DNA of 62,219 nt, filler included, from Sphacelaria rigidula (lineage: Eukaryota): the NCBI GenBank assembly GCA_964200075.2. It is 8 parts of 8 records of this genome, joined end to end, with 100 filler letters (N's around TTAATTAATTAA, not from the genome) between each part and the next. Parts side by side here need not be neighbours in the genome. Positions count along the whole stretch, not along the records: positions 23,374 to 31,063 come from CAXNAA020013778.1; positions 31,164 to 38,853 come from CAXNAA020013779.1; 6 more parts are not named here. One strand, given 5' to 3'. Below the pieces are notes generated by a model that worked only from the letters and a program-made list of their open reading frames with translations, was not told the origin of the DNA and searched no databases. The position numbers were made by a program, and so were the translations under genes. Below, in pieces: positions 24,606 to 37,949 of the stretch (position 1 is the stretch's first letter; each line of letters starts with the position of its first letter).

Positions 24606-26840
24606 ATCACCACCAAGCAAAGGATATGACAAAGAGCTGCTCTTTGTCATATCCTTTGCCACCAAGCAAGATCGTCACTCACGCAACTGAGGATAAAACA
24701 CGTTTCCCGATTTGAGTTCCCCCGATCGGCAATCTTCATACAGATCCGTTTTTATGACCGCCCAATGTTACGCCGGGGATTACTGTCACGTTTCCCACCA
24801 CCACCCCCAAAATGAAGACGCGACGGAGTCTAAGAAGTGTGAAGAAGGTTATATAACAACTAAAGCGATACACGGCTGTATTATGTATCTGAAGCTACCT
24901 TTTCATCCCAGTTTGGCTCGATTCCACCCAGTACAGCTCACAAGCCAGCGATGGATATCCCTGAAAAAAGTACTGCATTTTTGTACAAGAAAGAAAGTCA
25001 TTTTCCAACATATCCGTCCTTCACGCGACAGAAGATTACTCACCACTGACGGATGTCACGAAGCCGAAACTCTACAGGCAGATATTACTAGACATCAGCC
25101 ATCGTTCAAGCCCTAGCAGACTTCAATTGAGTGTCAAAATAGTGCAATATCTGAAGTAGATTATCTTCACTTCACTCCAACTTCCCAATTTGTGACAAGA
25201 GTGTTCGCCGTCAAGAAGTGGAGGACTGGTAGGTACGCGTTTTTTCTACAGAGAGCAATTCGATTTGTATCGATAGCTGCCGTGTGCGTCGAGATATTTC
25301 CATCTCGGTGGCGGGTGTTATTAACATGTGAGGTGCGGCGTGAAAACCCATCGGGTCACACGTGATATCCACATCGAGCAGGTAGTAATTGCGCCACGTC
25401 CATTTGGTTTACAGCGTGGGGAATATCTTCTCCCGCAAGCATACATGCAACAATTAACACTGCCCGCCAGTGGGAAAGATGTTCCAGACATGTGCTTGTC
25501 ATTGTCGCTGGGGCGACGCATGAAGCCTGCCTACGGGATCGCCGCGCAAGGTCTAAAAGCACACTTGACTGATTGATTGGTTGATTATCTCATATTAGCT
25601 GCTTGCTACAATCCGACCCGAGGTCAGGAGCAGCAAAAATAGAACAGAATAATAAAGATAAAGAAGAAAGAAAGGACCAGAAAAAGACAGGAGCAACGGC
25701 TTCAGAAAGGAAAGAAAGGGTGCAGCGATAACAACAAAACAACACCACCACCACCAAGCAACAAGAACAACAACAAAATAACGACGAACAAACACATACA
25801 CAAACACAAACACAAGCACGAGCAACACAAAAATATGATGATCGCGCATTACGTAGCTGATGGCAACACTCCAGCTCGTGATCAGAGAAAAAAAAGGAGA
25901 AGGAAAAAAAGGAAAAAAAATACACTCACGGTCTGTCGATTCCTTGTGTCGTCAGTGATATTGTAAGCTGTCGGAAACGAAAGAGAGATACCACGGAAAC
26001 TGCTTCAGGATTTGCTTCGAAGCACACGTAGTCACATCGACTGTGCGGTGTGATGGGGACCGAAGTTTGGTGGGCAATAATGAAGGGTTAGGGACGGAAA
26101 ACATCATCTGATGTTCCCCCAGCGTGCAGCACTTGGAACCACTGTTCTGCGACATGGAGGATGGATTACGTGTTCCATCTTCATCACGTACCCAAACTCC
26201 AGCTCCCGCGCCTTCNNNNNNACAGGGGGGATGGATTACTTGTTCCACTTTCTCCCCCCCCCCCCCCCCCCCCCCCCACCATGACCACAGAATATATGCA
26301 CATCGGACCCCAGAAATTCGGTTATCGGATTTCAATCTTGAATGGCATGCAGAAATTGGTGATATCTATCGGTACGTGAAGGAATGCAGGCATATTAAAA
26401 GAAAACATGGTCCACATCTATGAAGATTGCAATAAACCGACTCATCATCGTCAATGAAAACCGTTGTCCTCAATTTTCACGATCGGTTGCTATCACACCA
26501 AATATTCGTGGCGGTTCGCCCGCTGTGCATGGCGCTATGAACGCCGCGTCACGACTGGAGTCCACGCGCGTGTGGTGGTCGTGTGGCACAGTATTCCATA
26601 AGGTTCTCTGCAACACCACGTCTTGATAATCATTTTCGCTTTATTAGTTGTTCGTTCCACAATTATAGTATCACGCATTATCTTGACATACAACCGGCGA
26701 TTCGCCCAAGGGTGAAGCTAGACTACCCGCCGTAGACGTCTGCACACAAGGGCGCACCGCATCAGGCACTCTACAACGTCCCCATCAACCCTACGCACGG
26801 GTTATAACTTCCGTCCGCTGAAGATAACTCCCGCGGTTAC

Positions 26841-29800
26841 TTATATATCTACGCAACTCATCTGCAAGAAACATGTCTTCGACTTTCGATACAGGTGCAA
26901 GCAAAACGCGAGTGCGTCGTCGTCGTCTTTGCCCGCTTCCGATGCCGAATCCTCTTCCTCCGAGTCGCTACACTCGGAGTCTGAATCTCCAAGCCAGATC
27001 CCGGCTGAATGCTTCGATCCGCCCTCTGGCGAACCATCTAGACCGCCGTCGCAACAACTGCGACTGGTAGGATCTGGTCCCGGATCCGATTCCCCTCCCG
27101 CTACCCTCGCCATCATCTCGCCATCTCGTCGGCAGCACCCCTCAACACGACTACTATCTACACCTGCCCCCGGGGCTTCCCTCGCTACATTCGCCTGCCC
27201 CCCGCCACGCAACGCCGCTGACCCGCCCCTTCCACGGTTCGCCGTGGATCCGCCCCTCCCCTTACGACGTCGGCGGAACGTATCGACATTTCCTTGCGCG
27301 GAATCACCTGCAGCAGTAGCGCCGGCCGCTGGGTCAAGGGGTGGCGGCAAAAAGCAGCGGGCCTGGCAACCGCAGCTCAGCGTACAATTCCCCAAACATC
27401 TGCAATATCGGCACCGGTGGCGTCTTTGCGCCGCCCTTTCCGGCTTGCACGCGCATCTGAGGGTTCGCACAATCCCGGATGTATCGACATACGTGTGACT
27501 CGACAAGTATGCAACTATGTTGTCCCGTGTAAGCTCCACCGCCCCTCTGCTCGCCGCCTTTACCCCACCCTTGTGATGAGTCTTTTTTTCTGGTTCAACG
27601 CCCCATCCGCGCCCGTTGAAGTTCACTGCGGGCATGCTCATCCCAAAACCCCCCTCCCCAGTATTCCAATACTGCGTTGGCCTTATCCACGTGCTTTTGG
27701 CAGGCGTCCCAGTCCGGGCAGCACCGGGAAGGCATGTGCCCATGTCCTATGGTGATGCACAGACGAATCTTGTTCATGAAAGACTCCAGATTCTGCCCGG
27801 TCGTGGTGAAGAGATGTCCAGGGCCCGCGGCGACCTGCGCAAATGCGGTTCGTACCTGAAAAAAAAAATCGTGGCCAGTAGCTTGACCCCCTCGTCCACC
27901 TCCACCCTCGCCGTCGATCACCACTATCGCTTTCGTGAACAGATCCGGCGTTCTCAGTGCCTTCAGAACGAATTCCCACATCTTGAGGAAGGGAATCCCG
28001 GATACACGCGGCAGGAAGTCGCAGTCAGCCAATAGATAGGTGAAAACAAACAGCACCACCTTTACAGGATGCGTCAGCCAATCATACAGTCCGTCGGGAG
28101 GCCACGCACTTTCGCTCCCGTCCCTCAGAGTCACGATGGCGCAGTACACCCTCTTCACCAATATGTACCGGGGGCCTCCGTTCACAATGCGTTTGACAGT
28201 TACCTGCACCGCGTTGGAGCCTTGGGGCTCGATATGCCCGCAGGACATGGCCAACAGGACAAGTATACACTGATCAGTATCAGTGGAAGTCACGAGCCAT
28301 TTCTTCAAATGCTTCTGAAATAACGTCCCGGAGTGAATGATGAAGTGCACTGCGGACATCTCTCCCTCACCTATGCCGGGTCCGACTGCGCTATGGATGC
28401 TCCGGTCAGGCCCCTTGCCATCACGCCACCACAACAGATGGGGTTGCAAGTCACCAGTTGAACGGTGCCCCCCCCCCCGCACGTGGTGAATATGTTTCTG
28501 CTGCCGCCGCTGTGGCCACGCTCCCGCTCTCTGATGACGCCGCGAGAGACGACGGTGGAGTCGTCGAGACCCCCCGTCGGCGCCGACACCAGCGCGTGGT
28601 GCCGTCCTCGGCACCGCCGCCGCCTCACCTGTTCCCCTGCCTGTCACCACCTCAAGATATGTCCGCGGGGGCGCCCTTGCCAGATCACTGCAATCGACAC
28701 CTCCGCCGGCCGCAGTTGCCGCCACCCGGCTCCGTGATTCGCGCCGCGCCAAGATGACTCCAGATATTGCCTTCCCCGGGCCCTGGTCGATGGAGAGCAT
28801 GTGTTGCATTGCTCGTCGAAGACGGGGAACTGTATGCCACACACATCTCGATTGCAAACCGGCTGACGTCCGTTCCTCTTCCTCATTCCACTAACCGGGG
28901 TAGGCCCTGCCGGCGCAGCACGCACCCCCCTGCAGCTACCATGATTCTCAGTGAGACCTTGAGAACTACGCCGTCGCGTCGCCAATCTCCCTCTTTCATC
29001 GCGCGTGCGATGTTCACCACGATCAGTATCAGGGGGCCTTGCCCCGCGGTCGGGATGAGTCACTAGCTCGCTGGCAGCCCCGTTCGTAGGCACCGGCGCT
29101 ACCTGCTCTTGCTCCGAACCCGCGCAAGATGAGCTGCCGACACCTTCAACTCTGCATTGGTCGCCCCCAGTGGCGGCAGCATATGTAGCTTTCTTCTTCT
29201 TCTTCCGCTTCGATTTTGACGCCGGCGCGCCTGCACGAGTTGGTCGCGAGGTGTATGGTGAGCCTGGTCGATTGTTACGGTGTCCCGACGGCGTGGAAAT
29301 CTCCCCAGGTGAGCCCCGAGTAGGGCCCCGTCTTGAGTTGTATGGGGATACGGACATCGGCGCTTCCTCGGGAGATTGTATTGCCAGCAGCTGATCCTCC
29401 CTTACGCCGTTTCTGTGCTACAACGCCACCTGCTGTTGTTCATGCCACGCTCCCCATACGCTGTCAACCTCCGGCTTATTCGCCGCGGTTCTCTGCCGCC
29501 TCAATGCACGTACGTCAGCATGTGGTGGTGTGCCCCTGCCGGAGTTGGGCGGTGTACGTCTCTTCTTGGCCTTGGCCGATGGAGTTGAATTTTGTACCTC
29601 TGGGGCCCTACCACCGATAGCTCTCCCGATTTCATGGGGGGTGTTACCCAAATCCTTGAGAGGTACTGTCGGCGGATTCCGTGGTAACACCTCCCGTACA
29701 TTGTTTTCTGAGGCCGAGGTGATGGACACTTCACGAGTCGCGCCTTCCCCGGCCGATCGAAATTTGAAGTTCCTGCCTTCTGCACTCGGATGGTCATTGC

Positions 29801-30071
29801 ACCCCTCCAACCCCTGCTTTTCTACAGATGCGCTATCACTGGACGCGAAGGACGCCTCCGGCTTACTGAACAGCACAGTCGCTGTATCGTTTCCGCAGAA
29901 ACAGGGTCTCAGCCAGTTTTGCGGTTTGACTCGTTCGCCGGTGTGACCCTCGGCGATGTCCCTCACATTATCGATCGGTGCTGCACATTCGGAGTGCGTC
30001 AGGGGATAGTCACTTTCAACCGCGGATGTGGCACGTGTCGGTCGAGATGGAGGCGACAGTGGTGTAGACAC
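26841..30071 (-). mobile_element. Decayed Academ(X)-like DNA transposon ORF: XPG/FEN/XRN-type PIN nuclease plus C-terminal tesmin/CXC-like Cys cluster
   Basis: Intronless, frameshifted frames with motifs in order: GPGIGEGEMSAV, VTSTDTDQCILVLL, YLLADCDFLPRVSGIPF (H3TH-like), PDWDACQKHVDKANAVLEYW..GRGW, CACK..CRYCRCLGNCTLSCGCQARC. No DDE domain or TIRs recognised. Confidence 0.6.
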
Positions 30072-32088
30072 TTCATTACCTGCCCGGAATAGACGGGAAA
30101 ATGATAGATTGACACAACGTATCAGTCGTGCAGTCTTATTTGTTTTTAGATTGCAAAAGACACGGGTTTGTGTGAAATGATGATATCCCGGAACACAGGC
30201 ATCCTCAATGTAGTTCTGATATAACTGTCATCAGCGGGAACAAGAGTAAAGTAGCCAGAGAAGCTGGGTCTTCAGCACCTCTACTTTGCACGGTAATAGT
30301 TCACGAGGGGTATCGGGGTGCTCTTACCTCAAGACCGATTGCGGTGCCGTATCTCACGTTCGGTCTGCCCCGGCCGGTGTCTCAAAAGTGCTCCAGACGT
30401 TGCACCCCAACCGTGAGTCTTGGGGATCTTTCACATCTACGGTCAGCGAATGCGCGGGGGAGTGGATGCGTGTAGGATCGTACGTCAATTATTTCTATTA
30501 CAGATATCTTCAATCGTGCGGTTATCGTGCTGTACTGTCCAACGATAACGGGGTTTTGGTTGCCGCGCCATCTAATGTCATGATCCTGCATGTGATCGTC
30601 GTACTAATGTACTGTCCAAGTTCACAACTCGAAATCTATGTCGTTTACGAGTCTGATTATCTCGCTCCACGTAGGGGGTCGTCCGAACCTGAGTGCAGGA
30701 TCCCAACATGCCATCGATGCGCAATAATAAGGCGCCAGGTGGGATCAATACTTTCCTTCATGGAGTACGTAACCCGCAGAATCACACATGACCCACGGCC
30801 GTATGTCGCTCATCGTACAAGACCGTCATGTAGTACTGTACATGCTGTTTCTTCTCGCACTCGGCGCTGGCCATACCCAAATATTGCACTTCACAGGCTG
30901 TACAATACATGCGCATTAAAAAGGTACCAGGTGGGGTCAATACCTTCCTTCATGGAATACCTAACCCGCACAATTACACATGACCCACGGCCGCATGTCG
31001 CTCATCGTGAATGCGGGTGGCTTCGACAACACCGTCACACAACTACAACGGTACTGTACATACNNNNNNNNNNNNNNNNNNNNNNNNNNNNNNNNNNNNN
31101 NNNNNNNTTAATTAATTAANNNNNNNNNNNNNNNNNNNNNNNNNNNNNNNNNNNNNNNNNNNNCACCCCTACAAAGCCGGGACGGAGCACGCCGGGTTTT
31201 CGCCGGACCGGGCTCGCAACCGGGCAGGGCGGGGGGGGGTGCCGTGAAGTCTGGCGCCGTGTGATTAATCCTTGAAGAACTTGTGTTTTGGTTTTCGTTG
31301 CGAAATAAGTGATTACCCCGGCCGTATTTATCTACATGCGCGGGTGAATCCCGTTGCTTTTGTGCCGGTGATCTCCCGTCCGTTCGTCGACGTCATGTTG
31401 TTATAGCTCTGTAGGAAGCACATCCTGGATAATGACTATGGATTCCATTGTTGAAAAGTGTACTGCGTACTGTACGGGAATTTATTGTCTAACCCACTAG
31501 ACCCCGCAGTCGATACTATACGCAGTACACTTTTTTGATGATGTACTGTGTTGTCATGATCCAGTGTGCGGTAGGAAGTGAAAAGTCTGTCGATCTATAG
31601 TGCATACACACTGCGCGTTTGATCGGTCTGACAGAGTTTCGACCACAGCTGTACTTCGACACAGTTAGTGTGGTTGTTGTTGTTGCTGCTGCTGCTGCTG
31701 TTATAGGGTTCCGTCGGATATCCTTCCAATTTTCCAGCCATATTTTTTGTTTTTTATTTTGTCTTTGCTCGTCTCTTTGTTTATTCCCTTGGTCCTTTGT
31801 TTGTTTGTTTGTTTGTCTTTTTGTAATTCCTTACTTCACTCTATTTTACTTCATCGGTTTTCAGCGAGTGTTTCAGTTTTGTTTTTTCTCGGGTGTGTCC
31901 ACCATGTGACCGCGGCTGAATCCTTGGGATAACAATGGAAGTGCGACAATTAACCAATCAATCGATCATTCATCCAATCAACCCTTTCATTCTATTTTAT
32001 TTTTCACGAACCATTTCCGTCGTCGATGAACTCTTCTGCAGTGGATGATGACTGTATGTATGTGTGTGGCTCGTTTGCTCATCTGCAG

Positions 32089-32256
32089 GAGCTGGAATGG
32101 AGCTTCCGGCTCTTCAATGATATGCGCGAGTCGGGAACGGTCCCGAATGGGGTCACGTGCTCGGCGTTGATGGACGCATGTCTCAAGTCCGACGAGTTCG
32201 ACCTAGCATTTGCCGTCCTGGAGCATATGCTGGATGTGGGCATAGAACCGACCGAG
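32089..32256 (+). CDS. Pentatricopeptide-repeat (PPR) protein, internal exon
   Basis: ELEWSFRLFNDMRESGTVPNGVTCSALMDACLKSDEFDLAFAVLEHMLDVGIEPTE; CTGCAG acceptor, GAG|GTGCCT donor. Confidence 0.9.
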
Positions 32257-33429
32257 GTGCCTACCTGCCACGTTCAATAAGTTGACTCGATCGGTGTTTT
32301 CATTTTTTTTTTTTCTCATCCATCACGTATGTTTCAAAAATCAATTCGTGATGAGCTGATGCTACTACTTGCTGCGAAGGTCAACGTATAGCGAGCGTAT
32401 AAATTATGTTATTCTACGTATTGTTTTCATTTTGATGATCGAAATGTGTAACACAACCAATTGTCACCAGGGTTTTCATTTACTGTAGTAAAAAATGATG
32501 GAATATTTTGCTTATGCTGCTGCTGATGCCTGCATACATCCATATTTATGTTTTAATATTAGCGAGCTACTGAACGTGATGCACTATTTCGTTTCGACCC
32601 TTGACTGATATTTCGACCACGTTATATATATACATATATATATAAATCGGGGGTCGGGAAAATTAATGAGTCGTCTGAAAATCACTTGATTTCAGTGTGG
32701 TTGATTCGTATCGTGCGGATCAATCCTTGTCTCGTACGAATCAATCCTTGAGCTTTGTTTTCAGCGTTGCAACCAAGGTACGCGCAGCCCAGGCACGCGA
32801 AATGGCGCAAAAATTGCGTGGAGACCTTTTTGACCAGCGGTCGAGTTTTTTTCCCTCTTTCGAGCAATCAGGCCTGAAAAATCGTGGATTTGGTAATTCG
32901 AACCGGCAATGATTCGTCCGAACCGTGATCTAAACATGAGAGTTTCGGCGGCTTCGCCGCCACGATCAGTGGATCGCCATCCAAGATACATGAGCACCGG
33001 TGATACCTTTGTGCATTGCGTGAAGGGGAAGTTCATAGTTTGGAGAGGCCTTAGCTGCTCACAAGCTGAGCATGTTGTGCGTGACTTTTTAATTGTGAAC
33101 GTGATGCCGATTCCAAAAAAAATATTCTTGCCTCGTTTGTGATCTGGAGAGGAACATAGATGTCACGTTCACAGGGACTCATGCAAAGGCTCGACACTTC
33201 ATGAACCACCCAACCCTATCAAAGGTGAACCTCTGGAAATCATTGCCCGCGTGAAAACGGAAGCACACGGCTCGATGAGCCGTAGATGGTCATTACCTGA
33301 GCTGTGCGGGACCTTGGTAAACCCTGAGACCGCGATTCGGGTAGTCCATCTGGATCACACATACTTTTTACATGTGAAATTGATGCCAATTCAGCAGGTG
33401 ACCTACCCTCGTGGTCAACGGGTTCATTG

Positions 33430-33990
33430 AATTTGGTCGGATTTCACTGAGAAACGATCATTTGTGTGAGGCGCGCGCAAATCGGTGCTACTGTCCAGAA
33501 TGCAATGAGAAACGATCATGAGAATTATGCCGATTCGATGTCTGGAGTGATGCCAACTGACAATTGAAAAAAAATCTCACGCGCCGCGCTTCATCGTCAA
33601 AATCAGCTGCTCCTCACTCGAGCTGTGCGTGACCTCGCTCAATTAAATCTGTTCAGAATTCAATGAGAAACGATTATTTGTCGTCTAAGACGCGCGCGAA
33701 CCGGTGCTAACCGCGCGCGTTGCGTAGTAGCCCAGGTCATACTTCTGAGAAAACGCCGTAGCTGCTCATCAGCTGAGCACGTTGCGTATGACCTCGCACA
33801 TAGCTGACCAGGATCCCATGAGAAACGATCCGGAAAATGATGCCGATTCAATGTTTGGAGTGATGCCGACTGAGAATTGTAGAAACGTTGCGCGCACCGC
33901 CCCTCATCGTAAAAAATAGTTGCTCATCATATGAGCTGTGCGTGACCTTGCATTAATTTGTTCAGAATCCAGTGAAAAAACGGTAGTATG
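33430..33990 (+). repeat. Degenerate tandem repeats in a PPR intron
   Basis: Recurring gagaaacgatc, tgccgattc.atgt.tggagtgatgcc and gagctgtgcgtgacct blocks. Confidence 0.7.
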
Positions 33991-35125
33991 TGTGAAACGT
34001 ACGCGAATAGGTGCTAGGTTGTTCGTTTTTAGCGCCTCATGATGAAAAAATCGCATGTGTGCGGTCGAGAGGCGGCATCTCGAAGGGGCAAAGGGTACAC
34101 CGACACGATAGCAGAGGAATGCATCAAGCGGAACTCATCGCAACGTTAAAAACGCCATGCAGAACACAGCGCGGAAAGCGTATGCACTCCAAGCCCAAGC
34201 AGAACCGGAACACACCCTAATCCCCAGCGAAATGCAAGCGAAGAGGCTGATACGTATAACCAGCGAAAAACTTTACTCTAACATCATGTAAAGAAGAAAT
34301 GCTGACTTCTCAGAGCTTTAGAAAACTAAATGGCCCCGAAAGATATGTACTCTAAAATCAAGTGACGAAATACATCAAAAGTGAACCTGTCTGAAGGGAT
34401 GCCATTTTTCCGAAATCTAAACTGCTTTTTTATGAAGTGGTATTGACTACGCCGGTTACAGTTGCACTCAAGCGAGCAAGGGGAAAATGTCCTGAATTGT
34501 TGTGATCCCCACGCCTACCTGACGGTTGGCGTCGGTCGGCAACGACGCTGCAAAACACGTCACTCACTGCGTAAGGTAGGCAGCCAGGTTTCCGATCTTT
34601 TCTCGCTTGCGTTTTTTTTTTCTCTCTGCGGTAACCACGATGACGTGGTGGTGATTGGGTCACATCATATTGTGCGGGGGTGGAGAACCTCAACTACGCG
34701 CAAATGTGATGGCCGTACTTCTTAGTGTGTCAGTGGTAAGACACCCATAAGGCAGTGTCATCCGTGGCTGTCTCTGGAAATGGGCGATACCAGACAACGA
34801 AGCAACTCATTCGAGACAGTATTTCATATACGAGATAATCAGTACGCTTCGAGCCGAACAATCTTAGTAGGGTGCAGCTCACCCTTCACGCGACTCGTCG
34901 AACACATCACGACGCTTCGAGCTCGGTGACTGCGAGCCTGGTCCGGCGAAAACCCGGCGTGCTCCGTCCCGGCTTTGTAGGGATGCGAGGTCAATGATCT
35001 CATGACTATGACATGCATGGTCATGAGTACACCCCCCTCCTCTCCTCTGCTCTCACGTGCTCTAATTTCTGTATCATGGGTGTGTGTGTGCGTGTGTGTT
35101 ACGTCACTCTCCATGTGATCTCAAG

Positions 35126-35488
35126 GTAACATACACGTCGCTGCTGACCCAGTGCGCTAGGCTTGGACAAGCAGACAGGGCAAGCATTGTATTGGGTGGC
35201 CTTGACAGTAAACGGCGTGTGGTTGCACCAGCACCATCACCATCGACCAACTCCGCGATTCCCGATACGGCATCGGTTACGCCGCAATCGATTACGCGGA
35301 AGGGAGAGGGGCGGGGGAATAATAGGGCGCAGGACCAAGCACCGGGGGTGGGGCAGGGACACATTGGAGGAGGGAATGCCGGGGTGAAAGCGGGAAAGGA
35401 TGGGGCTTCGTACAAGATTGATAAGAAGTTGGAAAATGACCTGTTGAAGCTGTTTGGACAGGCTGATCAGATCGACGAAGCTTTTAAG
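35126..35488 (+). CDS. PPR protein, internal exon
   Basis: Continues PTE|VTYTSLLTQCARLGQADRA, then a low-complexity insert, then LLKLFGQADQIDEAFK; AAG|GTGCGC donor; phase 0. Confidence 0.87.
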
Positions 35489-36015
35489 GTGCGCAACTAC
35501 CTGTGACAACCAACTAACCAACCGATCAAAATCAATCTGTCAAACAACACTCCCCCGGGGGACATATTTTCGGACCCACACAAAATTCATCCTCTCTCGG
35601 GCATTAAACTGTTGGCACATGCGGTACATGATAGTTTTCTTGGGTCACGCATCTGCGCGTGTGGTCAAGAGTCAAGTGTAGAGTAAGGTCATGCGAAGGT
35701 TTCAAACCAACACGGAACAAGTTGCTCGAAATTTAGTTTGAGAAAATGGCAACATGGTTGCTGTAAAAATTGCGTCTTTTTGACGAAGTATTTACTCTGA
35801 AAATAGACGGAAGAAGCTAAACGAAAAGAGTATGTAGCCGTGGTACCTCCGCTCGTGAATAGCTTTCCAATTTCAAAGCCGTACGCACGTATGCTTTGAT
35901 TTTTTGTTTCTAGATAGAGCGCACCGCCCCCCCCCCCTCTGGAACCGGAATTTTATCACCAACGAATCAATGTTTCGTGTCATGAAAATTACAGTTGGAA
36001 CGTTTAATACGGCCG

Positions 36016-36645
36016 TTACATATATGTACTTCCTCTGTGCCATAAGTCTGTGCAGCTATGGACGTCTGATTGTTTGGGTATTTCAACGCTGATGATTATC
36101 CTATAGCTGGGTTCGTTGGAGAGATAACGCGCAGACGAAGCTGACTTGAAAAAAAATAAAATAAAAAAACTTGTTTCCAATACTAATTTTGGGTCAAAAT
36201 ATACCCCATTTTGACCCTTTTTGGTCCACTTATACCCCAATGTTGACCGAGTTTGGACGTTTTTACCTCGAGCACTAGCGATTACTAGCGATCACGTGCT
36301 GAAAAATTGTCAGATGGGGCGTGCATATGTTAACGTCACGGAGATATCCAAAGCAGTGGTGGTTTTGCGGTTTTCACTTTTTTTCGCACGTTTTTTTGCG
36401 ATTTCCGGGTCTGCTGTGCTTTACTGGGAAAAAAAGTGAAAAATGCCCAAATTTTGACCGGCTCACGTTTCGTCGGTCGCGAGTCTGCACGGGTCAAGCA
36501 CCCATGTTGCAGAAAGAGTATTTTTTTTAGCTAAAAAAACGCCAATGAATGCAGCCAAAAAATCGAAAATCAAATCGGACATCGTTAAGGGCTCATATGA
36601 ACGTAACTGCACAGACTTATGGCATAGAGGAAGTATGTATATATG
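36016..36645. mobile_element. MITE-like element with ~35-bp inverted repeats
   Basis: atatatgtacttcctctgtgccataagtctgtgcag ... ctgcacagacttatggcatagaggaagtatgtatat. Confidence 0.68.
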
Positions 36646-36831
36646 GATACGTATTTCTACCCTCGCTTCACCATACGAAAAAAACGGTCCCGCCGACAGG
36701 TTGTCTGCCTGCGGTACTGTACAGCAGTACTTAGCAGCAGAGTGCTCCTACGGTCTGAAAGGGCGTTTTTGGTCTAATTTATTTCTGGTAATAGCCTGGA
36801 CAAGGTATACCTAACCCTAACGCCACAATCG

Positions 36832-37060
36832 TTAACCCCTTTGGGACCGGACTCCCCGTAATAGTGTGTTTGTGGCACTTGTACCCACTTTCCTCCCACA
36901 ATCCTGTTAGTGGCAGGTGTCTCTGTGTGTTATTTTCAATACCAAATGATGCCATTTCACACTTTTTTGTGAATTAACATTATTTCTACTTGGAAACAAC
37001 ACAAATGGACACCTGCCACTAACACACGATTGTGAGGGAAAAGGGTCCCGAAGGAGTTGA
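36832..37060. mobile_element. Second piggyBac-like fold-back MITE
   Basis: TTAA-CCCCTTTGGGACC ... GGTCCCGAAGGAG-TTGA with internal tgttagtggcaggtgtc/gacacctgccactaaca symmetry. Confidence 0.6.
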
Positions 37061-37819
37061 TACGGAACATGACACAAGCCCCAGATCGCAACGGCACGAT
37101 GTTACATTATACTCCGCAAGCGCAAAAGACCGACGCGTTGTGAGTTGTGAGTCCAGTTATTGTGTCGTTGCGGAGAGACTCGGGAATCATTTCCGGGGAC
37201 AAAGGGGTGTGGTCGTTGTGGCGGTCGTGAACGGCAACATGGCGGGAAAAGAGCCGAATGTGTGGGCGCCCTGGTTGGAGTTGGCGTGTAGATTCCCTTC
37301 TGCGCAGTGTGCTGCATCAGGTACAGTGTGGGAAGCGATGACCCAGGACAGGTACTTTCCGGGTTGACTGGTGGCCCAGATAAGGTACGATTAAAAAATA
37401 ACTCCTAGATTAGGTATACCTGGTCGAAATTTGGCCTAGAAATAGGAAGTGGCTTCTGGAGGCGAGACGTCCTCCTGCGCATGACCATATTTCGCGAGTA
37501 AAATGATTATTTTCTGTTTTGTTTTCGAGGCCCGGGTGTCGAGGAGCCCCCCGATTGTTGTGCGTGAAAAATTCGGAGCGAAACTGGTACAGATTCTGTG
37601 TTTTGCTTGTTTTCGCGTTTTCTGGCCATTTTTTGTACCTTTCTTGGGCAAAACATGAGAAGGTATACCTTTCCTATTTAGGCTATTGCTCTTCTATTTC
37701 TCTCGAGTTTGTTTTGCATTTCTTTGCACTTTACTCTGCTGCGCTTGACTGTCCTTCACCCTCCCTGACTGTACTCCAAATATTTCTCTGTCGCCGATTG
37801 GAATGGACCGCTCGGCCAG

Positions 37820-37949
37820 ATGCTAGAAGGGATGCTGCAACGGCGGGACTCTCCCGACAGCGATACGTGGCTTGTGCTACTCAATGCTGTCGGCACGGCG
37901 GAGGCGCTGGACAAGGCCGTGGCGCTAATAGAGCGATCCAGAACAGAGG
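37820..37949 (+). CDS. PPR protein, internal exon (3' boundary approximate)
   Basis: GGCCAG acceptor; MLEGMLQRRDSPDSDTWLVLLNAVGTAEALDKAVALIERSRTEG continues the 35-aa register. Confidence 0.78.

Noticed and set aside
24700-25576. LINE RT relic (CYAGD, VQYLK)
   Set aside because: Resemblance to YADD and KYLG motifs is too degenerate to support as a feature without a search.
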